A stretch of 64,000 nucleotides of DNA from Planctomycetota bacterium (GCA_965223545.1 OZ245006.1:320001-384000); one strand, 5' to 3'. Numbered from the stretch's first letter, positions 1 through 10,951 are shown. The notes: a model not told the origin generated them from the letters alone. Numbers and translations are program-made.

Positions 1-74
1 GCTGAGGCGGTTTGGCAGGACGCGCGCCGGCGGTTGGCGGTGCCCGATGACGGGCCGCGGTAGCCGGGTGGCCC

Positions 75-1733
75 TCACCAGCCCTCGGGCACCAGGCCGA
101 GTGCGCCGATCGGTGCGCCGGCGAACCGGCGGTGCAACAGGAGCGAGACGCGCGGGTGCACCAAGAGGGTGCACGGCTGATCGCGGTCCAGCTGGCGCTC
201 CAGCGCGATGTGCTGCCGCCGGCGCTCCGCCGGCTCGTCGGCCGCCGCCAGCGCATCCAAGGCACGGTCGGTCGCGGCACTGGCGTAGCCCATCCAGTTA
301 CGGTCGTCGGTCGCCGACGAGTGGTATTCGGTGCGGGGGTCGCGCCACGGATCCTGACTGACGACCAGCAGGATGCCGTCGAAGTCGTGCGCGCGCAGCC
401 GGGCCAGCATCGTCGCGAACGGCTGCGCCTCGACCTCCAGATCGACGTTGGCGCGCGCGAACGCCGGTGCGCTGAGGTCGGTGATGCGCCGGTGCTCGGG
501 CGCCTCGCTGGCGATCAACAGGCGCACCTTCAGCCCGTCGTGGCCAGCGGCGCGCAGCCCTGCCGCTGCCGCCGCCGGATCGAAGCGCAGCGGGTCGCGT
601 TCGAACTCCGGCGCATCGACCGTCCACGCCTCCGGCACCCGTGCGTGCCCGGCGAACAGATCGCGGACGATGCTCTGCCGGTCGAACAACCGCGTCAGCG
701 CGCGGCGCACGGCGGAGTCGCCGAACGGCTGCCGCCGGTGGTTCCAGACGATCATGTAGCGACCGCTGCCGCGGCCGTCGTAGACGACGTGCTGGTAGTG
801 GCGCGCCAGCGCCGGATCGGCGGCCAACCGCGCCTCGCCGTCGGGATCGACCAGCCAGTCGATCTGTTGTCGGCGCAAGGCGACTCCACGGGCCACGGGA
901 TCGGTGATGAACAGCAGCCGCAGCGCGTCGAGGCGCCAGCGCTCGGGGTGCGCGGCGCGCGTCCAGGCGTGCGGGTTGCGCTCCAGCGTCCACTGCGCCG
1001 CATCGAAGCGCAGCCGCCCGTCGCCGGTGCGCGGCAGTCGGTACGGACCGGTGCCCGGCCCGGCATCGCGAATCCGCCCCAGCAGCTCGCCGAACGCGGC
1101 CGTACCGACCTCGGGGACCTCCCGCTCCTCGCCGCGCGCCAGCTGCGCGATCCGATCTTCGAAGAAGGCTCGGCTGACGACGAGGTAGCCGGTCGCCATC
1201 TGGCCGAACGCGCGCTCGCCGGCCTCGCGCATGCGCACGTGCACGGCGCCGTCGCGTTCCTCGATCGCCTCGACGTGCCGCAGCGCGGCGCCGATCTCGC
1301 CGAGGGCGAATCCACCGGCCGCGGCCACCCGATGGGTGAACAACACGTCGGCGGCGCGCAGCGGAGACCCATCGGCGAACACCGCATCGTCGCGCAGGGT
1401 GAAGCGCACGCCGAGACCGTCGGCGTCGCGCTCCCACGACCTTGCCAGCGCCGGTCGCAGCGCGGCGGTTCGCGGGTCGAGATCGGCAAGGGCCTCGTGG
1501 GTGTAGGCCAGCACTTGGCGCCGCGCGGTGCGCTCGCGGGTGGTGAACGGGTTGAGGTCGGTCGGCCGCTGAGCCGGGCCGGTCAGTACCCGGCGCTGCG
1601 CCGCCGCGGCCCCGGCGGGCGCGGCGCCGCCGGCGGGTGGGTCGTCGGCGCACGCCGCCAACGCGCAGCACGCCACCACCGCAGTGGCCACGACCCGCGG
1701 CCAGACCTCGGGGGATGAGCGGCACAGCTGCAC
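75..1733 (-). CDS. ABC transporter substrate-binding lipoprotein, peptide/nickel family 5
   Basis: C-terminal ~550 aa of ORF 75..3404. Lipobox ALAAC; motifs 'PALARSWE', 'FTLRDDAVFADGSPLRAADVLFT', 'GTGPY', 'PFGDSAVRRAL'. Start placed at GTG 1733 (GTG 1691 is an alternative). Confidence 0.85.
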   Translation of the reverse strand: MQLCRSSPEVWPRVVATAVVACCALAACADDPPAGGAAPAGAAAAQRRVLTGPAQRPTDLNPFTTRERTARRQVLAYTHEALADLDPRTAALRPALARSWERDADGLGVRFTLRDDAVFADGSPLRAADVLFTHRVAAAGGFALGEIGAALRHVEAIEERDGAVHVRMREAGERAFGQMATGYLVVSRAFFEDRIAQLARGEEREVPEVGTAAFGELLGRIRDAGPGTGPYRLPRTGDGRLRFDAAQWTLERNPHAWTRAAHPERWRLDALRLLFITDPVARGVALRRQQIDWLVDPDGEARLAADPALARHYQHVVYDGRGSGRYMIVWNHRRQPFGDSAVRRALTRLFDRQSIVRDLFAGHARVPEAWTVDAPEFERDPLRFDPAAAAAGLRAAGHDGLKVRLLIASEAPEHRRITDLSAPAFARANVDLEVEAQPFATMLARLRAHDFDGILLVVSQDPWRDPRTEYHSSATDDRNWMGYASAATDRALDALAAADEPAERRRQHIALERQLDRDQPCTLLVHPRVSLLLHRRFAGAPIGALGLVPEGW

Positions 1734-1943
1734 GATGGGGCGAGGCTGGGGCCGACCCGCGGCGAGGTCAAGTCGTGGTGCGAATGTCCCTTCGCCCGGC
1801 GCCGCGGAGCGAACCGACCCCGCCGGCTGGGCGTTGGGGCACCCCCGGGGTAGCTTTTTCCGACCGCGGGCGCTGGCTCGGGCACCGAACCCACGGCCAC
1901 AAGGCGCCCACAAAGGCCACGCCGGCCCCGTAACATCCGCTCG

Positions 1944-2615
1944 ATGCAATCCAGGTTCGTGCTCTGGTCCGTGCTCGCCCACGGTGCGCTCATCCTGGGC
2001 GCGGGCGTGTACGCGACCCGGGGCGCCGACCCCCGCCCACTGCGGCTGCAGGTGCTCCCGCCGCAGCCCGCGCCACGGGAGGTGGAAACCAAGCCGCCGA
2101 CACCGCCGCCCGCCGCCGAGACCACATCGACGGAGGCCGCGCTGGAGCGCCACCTGCCGGCACCGCCGCAGACCTTCGAGCCACCTCCCGAGACCCTGCG
2201 CGACCGCCCCCTTCCCCGCCCGCTGCAGTGGACCGACGCGATGCTCCGGCCTCTGCGACCGGAACCCGAACCGCCCACCCAGCAGCCGCCCGAAAAGCCA
2301 CCCGAAGAGCCGCCGCCGAGCCCACCACCCGCGCCGCTGGTCGAGGCCCGCATCGTCGCCGGCCAGAACCCGAGTCCGCACTACCCGCGCGCGGCGCGCG
2401 ATCTCGAGCTGGAAGGCGTGGTGCGGCTGCGCGCCCACATCGCCGGTGACGGCGGTGTCACCCGAGTCGAGGTCCTGCAGTCTTCCGGCCACGCGCTGCT
2501 CGACCAGGCGGCGACCGAGGCGCTCGAGCGCTGGCGCTTCGAGCCGGCCCGTCGCGGCGCGCTGCCGGTCGACAGCACGTTCGACCAGGAGTTCGAGTTC
2601 AGGCTGCGGGGCTGA
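1944..2615 (+). CDS. tonB: TonB family energy transducer
   Basis: N-terminal TM helix with SxxxH ('SVLAHG'), Pro-rich spacer, C-terminal 'YPRAARDLELEGVV...SSGHALLDQAA...WRFEPA'. Confidence 0.9.
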   Translation: MQSRFVLWSVLAHGALILGAGVYATRGADPRPLRLQVLPPQPAPREVETKPPTPPPAAETTSTEAALERHLPAPPQTFEPPPETLRDRPLPRPLQWTDAMLRPLRPEPEPPTQQPPEKPPEEPPPSPPPAPLVEARIVAGQNPSPHYPRAARDLELEGVVRLRAHIAGDGGVTRVEVLQSSGHALLDQAATEALERWRFEPARRGALPVDSTFDQEFEFRLRG

Positions 2616-2618
2616 GCC

Positions 2619-3458
<840 letters not shown>

Positions 3459-3496
3459 CGCGCTGGTGTGTCCACACGCGTCCCGGTCGAGGCTGT

Positions 3497-5773
3497 TCAG
3501 CGCCCGCCGATCACCGCGCGGAGCGCGTTGCTCGCGGTGACGCCCAGCGGGTTCGCCGGTGGGTCGACAACGGCCGCCTGCGCGTAGAACTGCGCCGCGA
3601 TCAGGCTGGGATCGGCGGGGATCGACAATCCGATCCGGGTCGAGCCGGCGCTCGACAACGCGAGGACGATGCCGGCGGCCGCGTTGGTGTAGAGCGCGCA
3701 GTTGGGCATGCCGATGCCCGCGAGCGGAACGGGCAACGTCAGCGCCCCCCACTGGCTGCTCGAGTCGCCCAGCACCAGCAGGCCGGGGCTCCCGGGCGGG
3801 ACCGCATCGAGCTGCAGCGTCGCGTTTCCACCCAGCCACGGCAACCCGTAGGGCGCGACCGACAGCGCCGGGACTCCCGCCGAACCGGAGCAACCCGCGC
3901 CGAACGGCACCGCCGCTGCCGGCGCGTCGGGGGCGAGGCTCCACCAGTCGTCGAGGAGGGTCAACCTGCCGATCGCGCCACCACTGATCCACATCCGGCC
4001 GCGCGTGCCGTCGTAGGCGGCGGCGTGCTCGCTGCGGGGGGGCGGCGGAGTGGCGGGGTTCCGCTGCGTCCAGGTGACGCCGTCCCACTCCCAGACATCC
4101 GCAAACTCACGGCCGGCACCGAAGCCGCCGAACAAGACCACACAGCCGCGGGCGCGGTCGAAGGTCAGCGTGTGCCCGGACCGCGGCGACGGAGACGCGG
4201 AGGGCGAACGCTGGCTCCACTGGCCACCGACCCACTCCCAGGTATCGCCGAACGTCGTCGCCGCGTTGACACCGCCGAACAGCACGACGGCATCCCGGCG
4301 GGCGTCGTAGGCCAACGCGTGCCGCTCCCTCGCCGGCGGGGACTGCGGCGACGGCTCGGCCCGCCACGCCACGCCATCGGTCGACCACGTATCCCCGATG
4401 ATCCCACTCGCCGCACGACCGCCGAAGACCAGCCCGCGCCTGCTGGATTCCATCCAGGCGAACCCGTGCTCACTCCGTTCCGGCGGAGGGTTCTGCTGGT
4501 TGACCTGCCGCCAGTCGTTGCCGTTCCACGACCAAAGGTCGTTGTAGAACACCGCGCGGTTGCCGCCGAACATGAGCGAGCGGCGATTGTCGCCGTCGTA
4601 GACCAACGAGTGTCCCACCCGCGGCGGAGGCCGGGTCACCGGCTGTCGCTGAACCCAGTCCGTGCCCACCCACTCCCAGGTCTTGTTGCCGTGGGTCGCC
4701 ATCGGCGCTCCGCCGAACGCCACGACTCGATCGCGGCTCGTGTCGTACGCCAGCGCGTGTCCCTGCACCGGGCGGGGAGCCGGATCGTTGCGCAGTGACC
4801 AGTCGCTGCCGTCCCACTCCCAGAGATCGCTGCCGTTTCCGTACAGCACCACGCGCCGGCGGGCCGGGTCGTAGGCCATGTCGTGACAGATGCGTCCCGG
4901 TGGCGTCTGGGAAGGCTGCTGGCGCGTCCAGTTCGTTCCGTCCCAGGTCCACGTGTCATTCAGTGGTTGCAGCAGCACACCCCGACCGCCGAACAGCACG
5001 ACGACCCCACGCGCCGCGTCGAACGCCATCGCGTGGTCGAACCGTGCACTCGGTGACTGCGCCGGCGAACGCACGTTCCAATCGCCGCCATCCCAGACCA
5101 GCGTCGTGTCCACCTCGGTGGCGAACCTGATGATGCTCTCACCGCCAAACGCCACGATCTCGCCGCGCACCGAGTCGTATGCCATCGCGAATCCTTCGAG
5201 CGGCTGCGGCAATGGGGCGCCGGCGCGCAGCTTCCAGTTCGTGCCATCGAACACCCAGGTCTCGTCGCTCGACATGGCGCCGACCGAGCCCCCCGCCAAC
5301 ACCATCACGCCGCGGGCGGCGTCGAAGGCCATCGGCGCCCGCCGCCGTGGACTCGGCGACGAGGCCGGCAACACTTGCGCCCATTGGCTCCCGTCCCACT
5401 CCCAGGTGTCACCGAGCGAAGCGAACAGATTGGTCAGCCCACCGAACGCGACAACCACGCCGCGGCTCGTATCCAAGGCGAGTGCGTGACTCATGCGCGC
5501 CGGCATGCTCCCGGTGGGGATCAGGGTCACGCGAGTACCGTCCCAGTGCCACGACTCGGGCACGACAGCACCGAGGCTGTAGCCGCCGCCGACCACGAGG
5601 ACGCCGCGGCCGCTCGGATCGGTGGCCATCCGTGGCTCGCTGCGGAACCCGGGAATCGGTGCACGCGTCCACGACAGCTGAGCGGCGGGACAGGTGCAGC
5701 AAGACACCACGGCGAGGGCTGCTGCGCCCAGCGTGGCTCGGCCCGAGGTGATGGGGTGGGAATCGGGTCTCAT
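3497..5773 (-). CDS. Secreted kelch-repeat (double beta-propeller) protein with conserved C-terminal domain
   Basis: Signal-peptide-like N-terminus from ATG 5773; 12 repeats of ~50 aa of the form 'AYD..R..vvlFGG...DTWEWDG..W'; C-terminal 'FGAGC...SNAL' domain. Confidence 0.85.
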   Translation of the reverse strand: MRPDSHPITSGRATLGAAALAVVSCCTCPAAQLSWTRAPIPGFRSEPRMATDPSGRGVLVVGGGYSLGAVVPESWHWDGTRVTLIPTGSMPARMSHALALDTSRGVVVAFGGLTNLFASLGDTWEWDGSQWAQVLPASSPSPRRRAPMAFDAARGVMVLAGGSVGAMSSDETWVFDGTNWKLRAGAPLPQPLEGFAMAYDSVRGEIVAFGGESIIRFATEVDTTLVWDGGDWNVRSPAQSPSARFDHAMAFDAARGVVVLFGGRGVLLQPLNDTWTWDGTNWTRQQPSQTPPGRICHDMAYDPARRRVVLYGNGSDLWEWDGSDWSLRNDPAPRPVQGHALAYDTSRDRVVAFGGAPMATHGNKTWEWVGTDWVQRQPVTRPPPRVGHSLVYDGDNRRSLMFGGNRAVFYNDLWSWNGNDWRQVNQQNPPPERSEHGFAWMESSRRGLVFGGRAASGIIGDTWSTDGVAWRAEPSPQSPPARERHALAYDARRDAVVLFGGVNAATTFGDTWEWVGGQWSQRSPSASPSPRSGHTLTFDRARGCVVLFGGFGAGREFADVWEWDGVTWTQRNPATPPPPRSEHAAAYDGTRGRMWISGGAIGRLTLLDDWWSLAPDAPAAAVPFGAGCSGSAGVPALSVAPYGLPWLGGNATLQLDAVPPGSPGLLVLGDSSSQWGALTLPVPLAGIGMPNCALYTNAAAGIVLALSSAGSTRIGLSIPADPSLIAAQFYAQAAVVDPPANPLGVTASNALRAVIGGR
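3930..5630 (-). repeat. Twelve kelch-like coding repeats (~150 bp period)
   Basis: Counted 12 blades in translation; recurring DNA 'ccgtcccactccca' (WEWDG on minus strand). Boundaries approximate. Confidence 0.8.
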
Positions 5774-5830
5774 GTGGCGTGTCCAGGGTAGGCGACCTGA
5801 TCGCCCCGGTGCCGCGGTGGCCGCTCTTAC

Positions 5831-5860
5831 TGCAACGCTCGCCGACAAAAACTCCGTTCC
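5831..5860. promoter_or_regulatory. Possible overlapping divergent ECF-type promoter elements
   Basis: Plus strand TGCAAC-N18-CGTT and minus strand GGAAC-N18-CGTT in the ~127 bp gap between the kelch and ECF genes. Spacing is about 1 nt longer than typical ECF promoters. Confidence 0.25.
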
Positions 5861-5900
5861 GGTGTAGCAATGCACGCCTCCCGGGCGGACACCGAGCAAG

Positions 5901-8894
5901 ATGGCCCGCAGGGAAGACCAGCTGTTCATCCGCTTCCGGCGCCACGGCGACGCCGACGCGCTGGCGTCCGTCTTCGATGCCACCGCACAAGAGCTCCTGC
6001 GCCTCGCGCGGCATCTCGCGCCGGACGACGCCGCCGAGGACTTGGTCCAGCGCACCTACCTCGACGCGATCCAGCACGCCGACCGCTACGACGCGAACCG
6101 CGGCGTCGTGCCGTGGCTGTGCGGCCTGCTCGCCATCCACGCGCGCCGTCATCGGCGCGCCTTGCAGCGGCGCAGGAAGGGCAACCAACGCCTGCGCGAA
6201 ACCCCGCCGAGACGGACTCCGGATCCCGCCGCCACGGCGGAGAGCGCGGAGCTCAGCGCGGTGGTCCGCGCCGAGATCGCCCGCGCCGGCTCCCCGTACA
6301 CCGAAGTACTGCAGCTGCAGCTCGAAGAGGGGCTCAGCGCGCGCGCGATCGCCGAGCGCTTGGGCCGGCCGCCGGGCACGGTCCGCACCCAGCTGGTGCG
6401 GGGCATCGACCGCTTGCGCCAACGGCTCGTCGGGTGCGCGCCTGCCACAATCGCCGTCACGACGGCTTCGACACACCAAGTGGCACCACTGCGCGCGGCC
6501 GTTGTGGCGGCGGCGCGGCGCGCGGGCCCATCGCTCGTTCCGGCCTCCACTGCCGCACTCGGAGCCCTCGCCATGAAGAAGCTCGCCCTCGCGATTCCGC
6601 TCGTCTTCCTCGCCACCCTGGTCGGGTGGTGGGCGATACCCACACAAGCCCCCCTGCAGCGCAGCGACCCGTCGCCGGACACCGCCGACCTCGGCGCCGC
6701 GACCGTCGGCAGCGCGCGCGACAACCGCGCCGCCGGGGCAACGCCGACCGCGCGACGGGCCGTCTCGCCCGCCGGCGCGCCGCGCACTCCGGCGCCGCGC
6801 CCGCTTCTCGCACGAGTCGTGGCGCTCGACGAGACTCCCCAGCCCGAGCGCTTCATCGTTGTCCGCGACGCCGGCCGACGCCTGGCCTCCGGCTGGACCG
6901 ACGCCCGCGGTGAGGCGCGCTTCGACGACGTCCCCGAGAGCGCTCGGCTGCAGTGCGGTCCGGTGACCGTTTCGGCGACCGACGCCATTCGCAGCACCGA
7001 CGCACCCGTCGTCGTGGTCCTTACCATGCCCGCCGGCAAGGCCGTCCGCGGGCGCGTCGTCGACGCCTTCGACCAGCCGGTCGCCGGCGCCGCCGTGCTG
7101 GGCTGGGGTGGCGGCGACCGCGACGACGGGCAGCCACTGACCCGGTCCGGCGCCGACGGCCGTTTCGAGGTCGACGAACTCCAGTCCAAGGTGATCGAGG
7201 TGCGCAAGGACGGCTTCGAGGTCGGCTGGAGCGGGTTGCTCGCGCAGGGCGCGGACGTGACGGTGCGACTGCGGCCGAACGACCGTCACTTGAGCGGCAT
7301 CGTGCTCGCGCCCGACGGATCGCCGGCCGCCGGCGCCCGCGTCTTCGTCTTCGCCTACCTCGACCGCCCGGTCACCCACGGCGACAGCGGCGGTCGCAAC
7401 TTCGAGGCCGCGTTCGACGCCGACGACCGGGGGCGCTTCGCGATTGGTTGGCTGCCCGCGGGCTCCGGCCACGTCGTGGCGACGCCCGGCACCGTCGACG
7501 CGAACACCACCCCGGTGTGGGCGGCGATGACGGAGCTCGGACTGAGCGGATCGACGCGCGCCGCGCTGACTTTGCGGGGGGTCGCGACCGGCTCGGTCCG
7601 CGTGACGATCGCGGACGAGCACGGTGCGCCGATGCAGCGCGCGGTCGCGCGCACGCGCGCCTCCGGAGTTGTCTTCGGCATGTCGGTGCCGATACGTGCC
7701 AGTGGGCAGACGAACGCCGAAGGGGTCGCCACGATCGATGGCCTGGTCGCGGGCCCGCACGTCGTGACGGTCTACCGCGGCAGCGACCGCCAAGAGCGGA
7801 CCGCTGAGGTCGCTCCCGGAAGAACCACCGAGCTCGCCTTTCGCTGGGAACCAGCACGGACCTTCGCCCTGGAACTCGTCGATCCGGCGGGTCATCCGCA
7901 CGCGCGCTGGCGCGCGCTCCTGCGCGGCGGCGGCCACACTACCGGAACAATCCTGTCGACAACGGGCGAGGACGGCATCGCGGAGTTCGAGGGACTCGCC
8001 GAAGACGTCTCCTACTCCCTGGTCGTTTTTGCCCCCAACCAGCCCATTCACCCGGTCGCACGCCGCGACGGCATCGATGCGGACACGGGGCGGATGCGAA
8101 TGCAACTCGACGAGTCGCAGCTCCAACCGCGCAGTCTCCGTGGCCAATTCGTCGCCACCGACGGCCCGGTCACCGGCGAGGCAAAGCTTGTGCCGCTGGG
8201 CGGCGGGCTGCAGAACACGGCGGAACTCACCGACGGCGCGTTCGCGTTCGACGACATGCCTCCGGGCCGCTACCGCCTGTTCCTCGACGCCACGGACCAC
8301 GTCATGGACGCGCGCGAAGTGGAGATCTCTCCCGGCGCCGACACCGAGCTGCCCGCAGTAACCGTCGTTGCCGCGGCCAGGCTACGGGTCGCGTGCCCGG
8401 GACTCGGCGTCCAAGACGCCGACAAGCTCCGGGTCGCACTCGCGCGCACCCACCCGGCGTTCGAGCTCACACGCTCCTCGGAGCAGGCCGCCGAGTGGCG
8501 CTGCGGCCACGCGATGCACCCCGGCACCTACCGGCTGTTGGTCTACGGCACCGACACGCTCCCATTGGACATGGAGGTCGAGCTGCGCCCGGGCGACCAA
8601 GTGATCCAGTTCGAGCTGCCGGGGACCGCGACTCCGGTGGCGCTGCGCGCCCGGCTCCAAGACACGGACTACGGCGCCATCGCCCGCGGCGAAGTGGAGA
8701 TCGAGGGCAACGGGGTTGCGATCCGCGAGCGGTTCTTCGGCCACTTCGACGACATCGAAGAGCAGCTCGCCATCCGCCGCTTCGGCCTCGCGCCCGGATC
8801 CTACGAAGTCACGGTGCGCGGCATGAAGGGCGAGACGTCGCAGACGATCGAGGTGGGAACAGTTGCGCTCGACGTCGATCTGGCCGTGCGCTGA
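5901..8894 (+). CDS. ECF sigma-70 factor fused to a TM helix and carboxypeptidase-regulatory-like beta-sandwich repeats
   Basis: sigma2 'AEDLVQRTYL...PWLCG', sigma4 HTH 'LSARAIAERLGRPPGTVRTQLVRG', TM 'KKLALAIPLVFLATLVGWW', repeats 'GRVVDAFDQPVAGA', 'GIVLAPDGSPAAGA', 'DGAFAFDDMPPGRYRL'. Confidence 0.88.
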   Translation: MARREDQLFIRFRRHGDADALASVFDATAQELLRLARHLAPDDAAEDLVQRTYLDAIQHADRYDANRGVVPWLCGLLAIHARRHRRALQRRRKGNQRLRETPPRRTPDPAATAESAELSAVVRAEIARAGSPYTEVLQLQLEEGLSARAIAERLGRPPGTVRTQLVRGIDRLRQRLVGCAPATIAVTTASTHQVAPLRAAVVAAARRAGPSLVPASTAALGALAMKKLALAIPLVFLATLVGWWAIPTQAPLQRSDPSPDTADLGAATVGSARDNRAAGATPTARRAVSPAGAPRTPAPRPLLARVVALDETPQPERFIVVRDAGRRLASGWTDARGEARFDDVPESARLQCGPVTVSATDAIRSTDAPVVVVLTMPAGKAVRGRVVDAFDQPVAGAAVLGWGGGDRDDGQPLTRSGADGRFEVDELQSKVIEVRKDGFEVGWSGLLAQGADVTVRLRPNDRHLSGIVLAPDGSPAAGARVFVFAYLDRPVTHGDSGGRNFEAAFDADDRGRFAIGWLPAGSGHVVATPGTVDANTTPVWAAMTELGLSGSTRAALTLRGVATGSVRVTIADEHGAPMQRAVARTRASGVVFGMSVPIRASGQTNAEGVATIDGLVAGPHVVTVYRGSDRQERTAEVAPGRTTELAFRWEPARTFALELVDPAGHPHARWRALLRGGGHTTGTILSTTGEDGIAEFEGLAEDVSYSLVVFAPNQPIHPVARRDGIDADTGRMRMQLDESQLQPRSLRGQFVATDGPVTGEAKLVPLGGGLQNTAELTDGAFAFDDMPPGRYRLFLDATDHVMDAREVEISPGADTELPAVTVVAAARLRVACPGLGVQDADKLRVALARTHPAFELTRSSEQAAEWRCGHAMHPGTYRLLVYGTDTLPLDMEVELRPGDQVIQFELPGTATPVALRARLQDTDYGAIARGEVEIEGNGVAIRERFFGHFDDIEEQLAIRRFGLAPGSYEVTVRGMKGETSQTIEVGTVALDVDLAVR

Positions 8895-9033
8895 GGGGCG
8901 GCGGGCAAACGCGAAGCGCAGTCAAAGCGCAACAGCGCAACATCACAACGATAGGGCATGGTGGTTGGTTCCCCCCGTCCAAGGTCCCCGGTCGCACCGC
9001 CCGCGGCCGTCGAGCCAGGTTAGACTCGACGCC

Positions 9034-10926
9034 ATGGCACACACACCGACAGTCCATGCTCTCCTGGCGACCTCGATCCTCGGGATTATTGGAGACGTCC
9101 GCTCGCAGGGCGACGTATGGGTCCTCGGGCCGCCCAATGGCATCGATGACACCGCAGCCTTCCAGAACGCCATTTCTGGTTCGACTGAGACGACACCGAC
9201 CTTGATCACGTTCGCTCATCCGGGCACCTATCGCTTCGGTCCAGTCGCTGGCGACGCGCAGGACCCCTTGTTCGAAATCCATGGGTTCACCGACCTCCAG
9301 ATCACTGCTGTCGCGGGCGTCACGATCGAGCTCTTTGGCTATGACCGAGTGAAGGGAAGCTCGAAGGACATCTTTGAGCTCAGCGGCTGCAACAGCGTCA
9401 CGATCTCGGGTGCCGATGCCACCAACCCTCTCGTGTTCGACATGGAGCCAAGCTCCGGCGGATCGAACGGGCTGCCGTGGTTTCAAGGCACCCTACATGA
9501 CATCGACCTCATCGGTGGGTTCGCCACGATCCGCATCACGGACCCCGACTTCTACCTGCCAAGCGGTGTGCAGATTGCGGAACCTTGGAGCGCCCGTCCA
9601 TTCATCAACGGATATCCACATGCGGAACGAACGGTTTGGGGTGCCGCTCATAGCGGCGTGATCCTCCCGGCACCTCCCCCCATGGCGACCCATCAGGACG
9701 TAACACTGAGCTATGCCGCTTCTGCGAGCGCCCGCCTGAGTACTTGGGCGACCGGCGACCGCATCGTCGTCTCGCTGGGGGACAGCGAACAAGCGCTGTT
9801 CCAATGCCGCAACCTGAGCGGAATCCCGAACTCCGATCTCGAGTTCACGAACATCGAAGTCCGTTGTTTCGCCGGAAAGACACTCATGCTCGGCAACACA
9901 CACGGCGTCACGCTCGACAACTACAACGTCCGCCCCGCATCGACTCTCCGGAAGCTCTCTTCGGTCCGAGACGGGGTCTCCGGACGGCCGACAGGAGAGG
10001 TCGTCATTCGCAACTGTGAGTTCAAAAAATGCGGAGACGACGCCATTCAGATGGGCTCCCAACCGGTCGCGCGCGTCGTCAGCTATGACGCCTTGCTGTC
10101 CCAGGCAGTGATCGCACTCGCGACTCCGGCGGGGCAACAACATCCCAACTACAAGCCAGGTTGGGCTGTCGAAGCACGGCCAGCGTCTTGGTCCCGCTCG
10201 AATCGCGAGACGGCAACAATCCTCTCGGTCCAGAACTCCGGCGCTCAGCAAACCCTGACCCTGTTGAACGAGACGCCCGGGTTCGCCGCGGTCATGAAGC
10301 CCGACGCACTGTTGTTCGCCGTCTCCCAGAACTGGAGTTCCTGCCTCGTCGATTCGTGCGTGATCAAGAGCGTGCGTGGTGGCGGGATCAAGCTGCGCAA
10401 CGGCCCGATCACGATCAGGAACAGCCAGATCTTCAAGACGACGTCCTACGGGATCTTCCTCGGCGGCGGTACTCCATCGGCCGGATCGAAGTACCCGCTC
10501 GGTGGAAACGTCTATCCCCCTGATTCCTCGGAGATCACGAACTGCGACATCCAGCACGCCGGTCCCCGAGGCAACATTCACCCCTCCATGCACGCGTCGG
10601 TCTACATCGGCGTTGCCGATGACGTCGTCAACGGCCAGTGGCAGAACCCAACCGCCTCGTGCGACGTGATCACGAACGTCCTGGTCCAGAACAACCGCTT
10701 CATCAGCGACCGCACCTACGCTCGGGGCGGTCTGTACTGTCACGGCATCGGTGGCGCGACCGGACTGCAGCTGGTGAACAACGACTTCCAAGACCTGGGA
10801 GACAGCACGACCTCAAATCTGCCCTGGCAGTACGGGGTGTACACCAGCGACTGCGTCATCACCACTGACACCGGAAACACCTACACGAACTGCTACAAGC
10901 CCTCGTTCTTTGGCGGGTGCCAGTAG
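9034..10926 (+). CDS. Secreted right-handed parallel beta-helix protein, GH110 alpha-galactosidase-like
   Basis: N-terminal 'GIDDTAAFQNAI...PGTYRF' typical of pectin-lyase folds; 'TLDNYNVRP...RKLSSVRDG...VVIRNCEF..CGDDAI' resembles the GH110-type catalytic segment. Start moved to ATG 9034. Substrate is uncertain. Confidence 0.65.
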   Translation: MAHTPTVHALLATSILGIIGDVRSQGDVWVLGPPNGIDDTAAFQNAISGSTETTPTLITFAHPGTYRFGPVAGDAQDPLFEIHGFTDLQITAVAGVTIELFGYDRVKGSSKDIFELSGCNSVTISGADATNPLVFDMEPSSGGSNGLPWFQGTLHDIDLIGGFATIRITDPDFYLPSGVQIAEPWSARPFINGYPHAERTVWGAAHSGVILPAPPPMATHQDVTLSYAASASARLSTWATGDRIVVSLGDSEQALFQCRNLSGIPNSDLEFTNIEVRCFAGKTLMLGNTHGVTLDNYNVRPASTLRKLSSVRDGVSGRPTGEVVIRNCEFKKCGDDAIQMGSQPVARVVSYDALLSQAVIALATPAGQQHPNYKPGWAVEARPASWSRSNRETATILSVQNSGAQQTLTLLNETPGFAAVMKPDALLFAVSQNWSSCLVDSCVIKSVRGGGIKLRNGPITIRNSQIFKTTSYGIFLGGGTPSAGSKYPLGGNVYPPDSSEITNCDIQHAGPRGNIHPSMHASVYIGVADDVVNGQWQNPTASCDVITNVLVQNNRFISDRTYARGGLYCHGIGGATGLQLVNNDFQDLGDSTTSNLPWQYGVYTSDCVITTDTGNTYTNCYKPSFFGGCQ

Positions 10927-10951
10927 CCCGCGCTCTTACACTGGATCGCCG

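Noticed and set aside
1734..1943. Riboswitch (e.g. cobalamin) upstream of tonB or the ABC binding protein
   Set aside because: No recognisable conserved riboswitch boxes; only short CCACAA(A)GG repeats.
3930..5630. Periodic DNA repeats as a CRISPR array
   Set aside because: They are degenerate in-frame kelch coding repeats, with no identical repeat-spacer structure and no cas genes.
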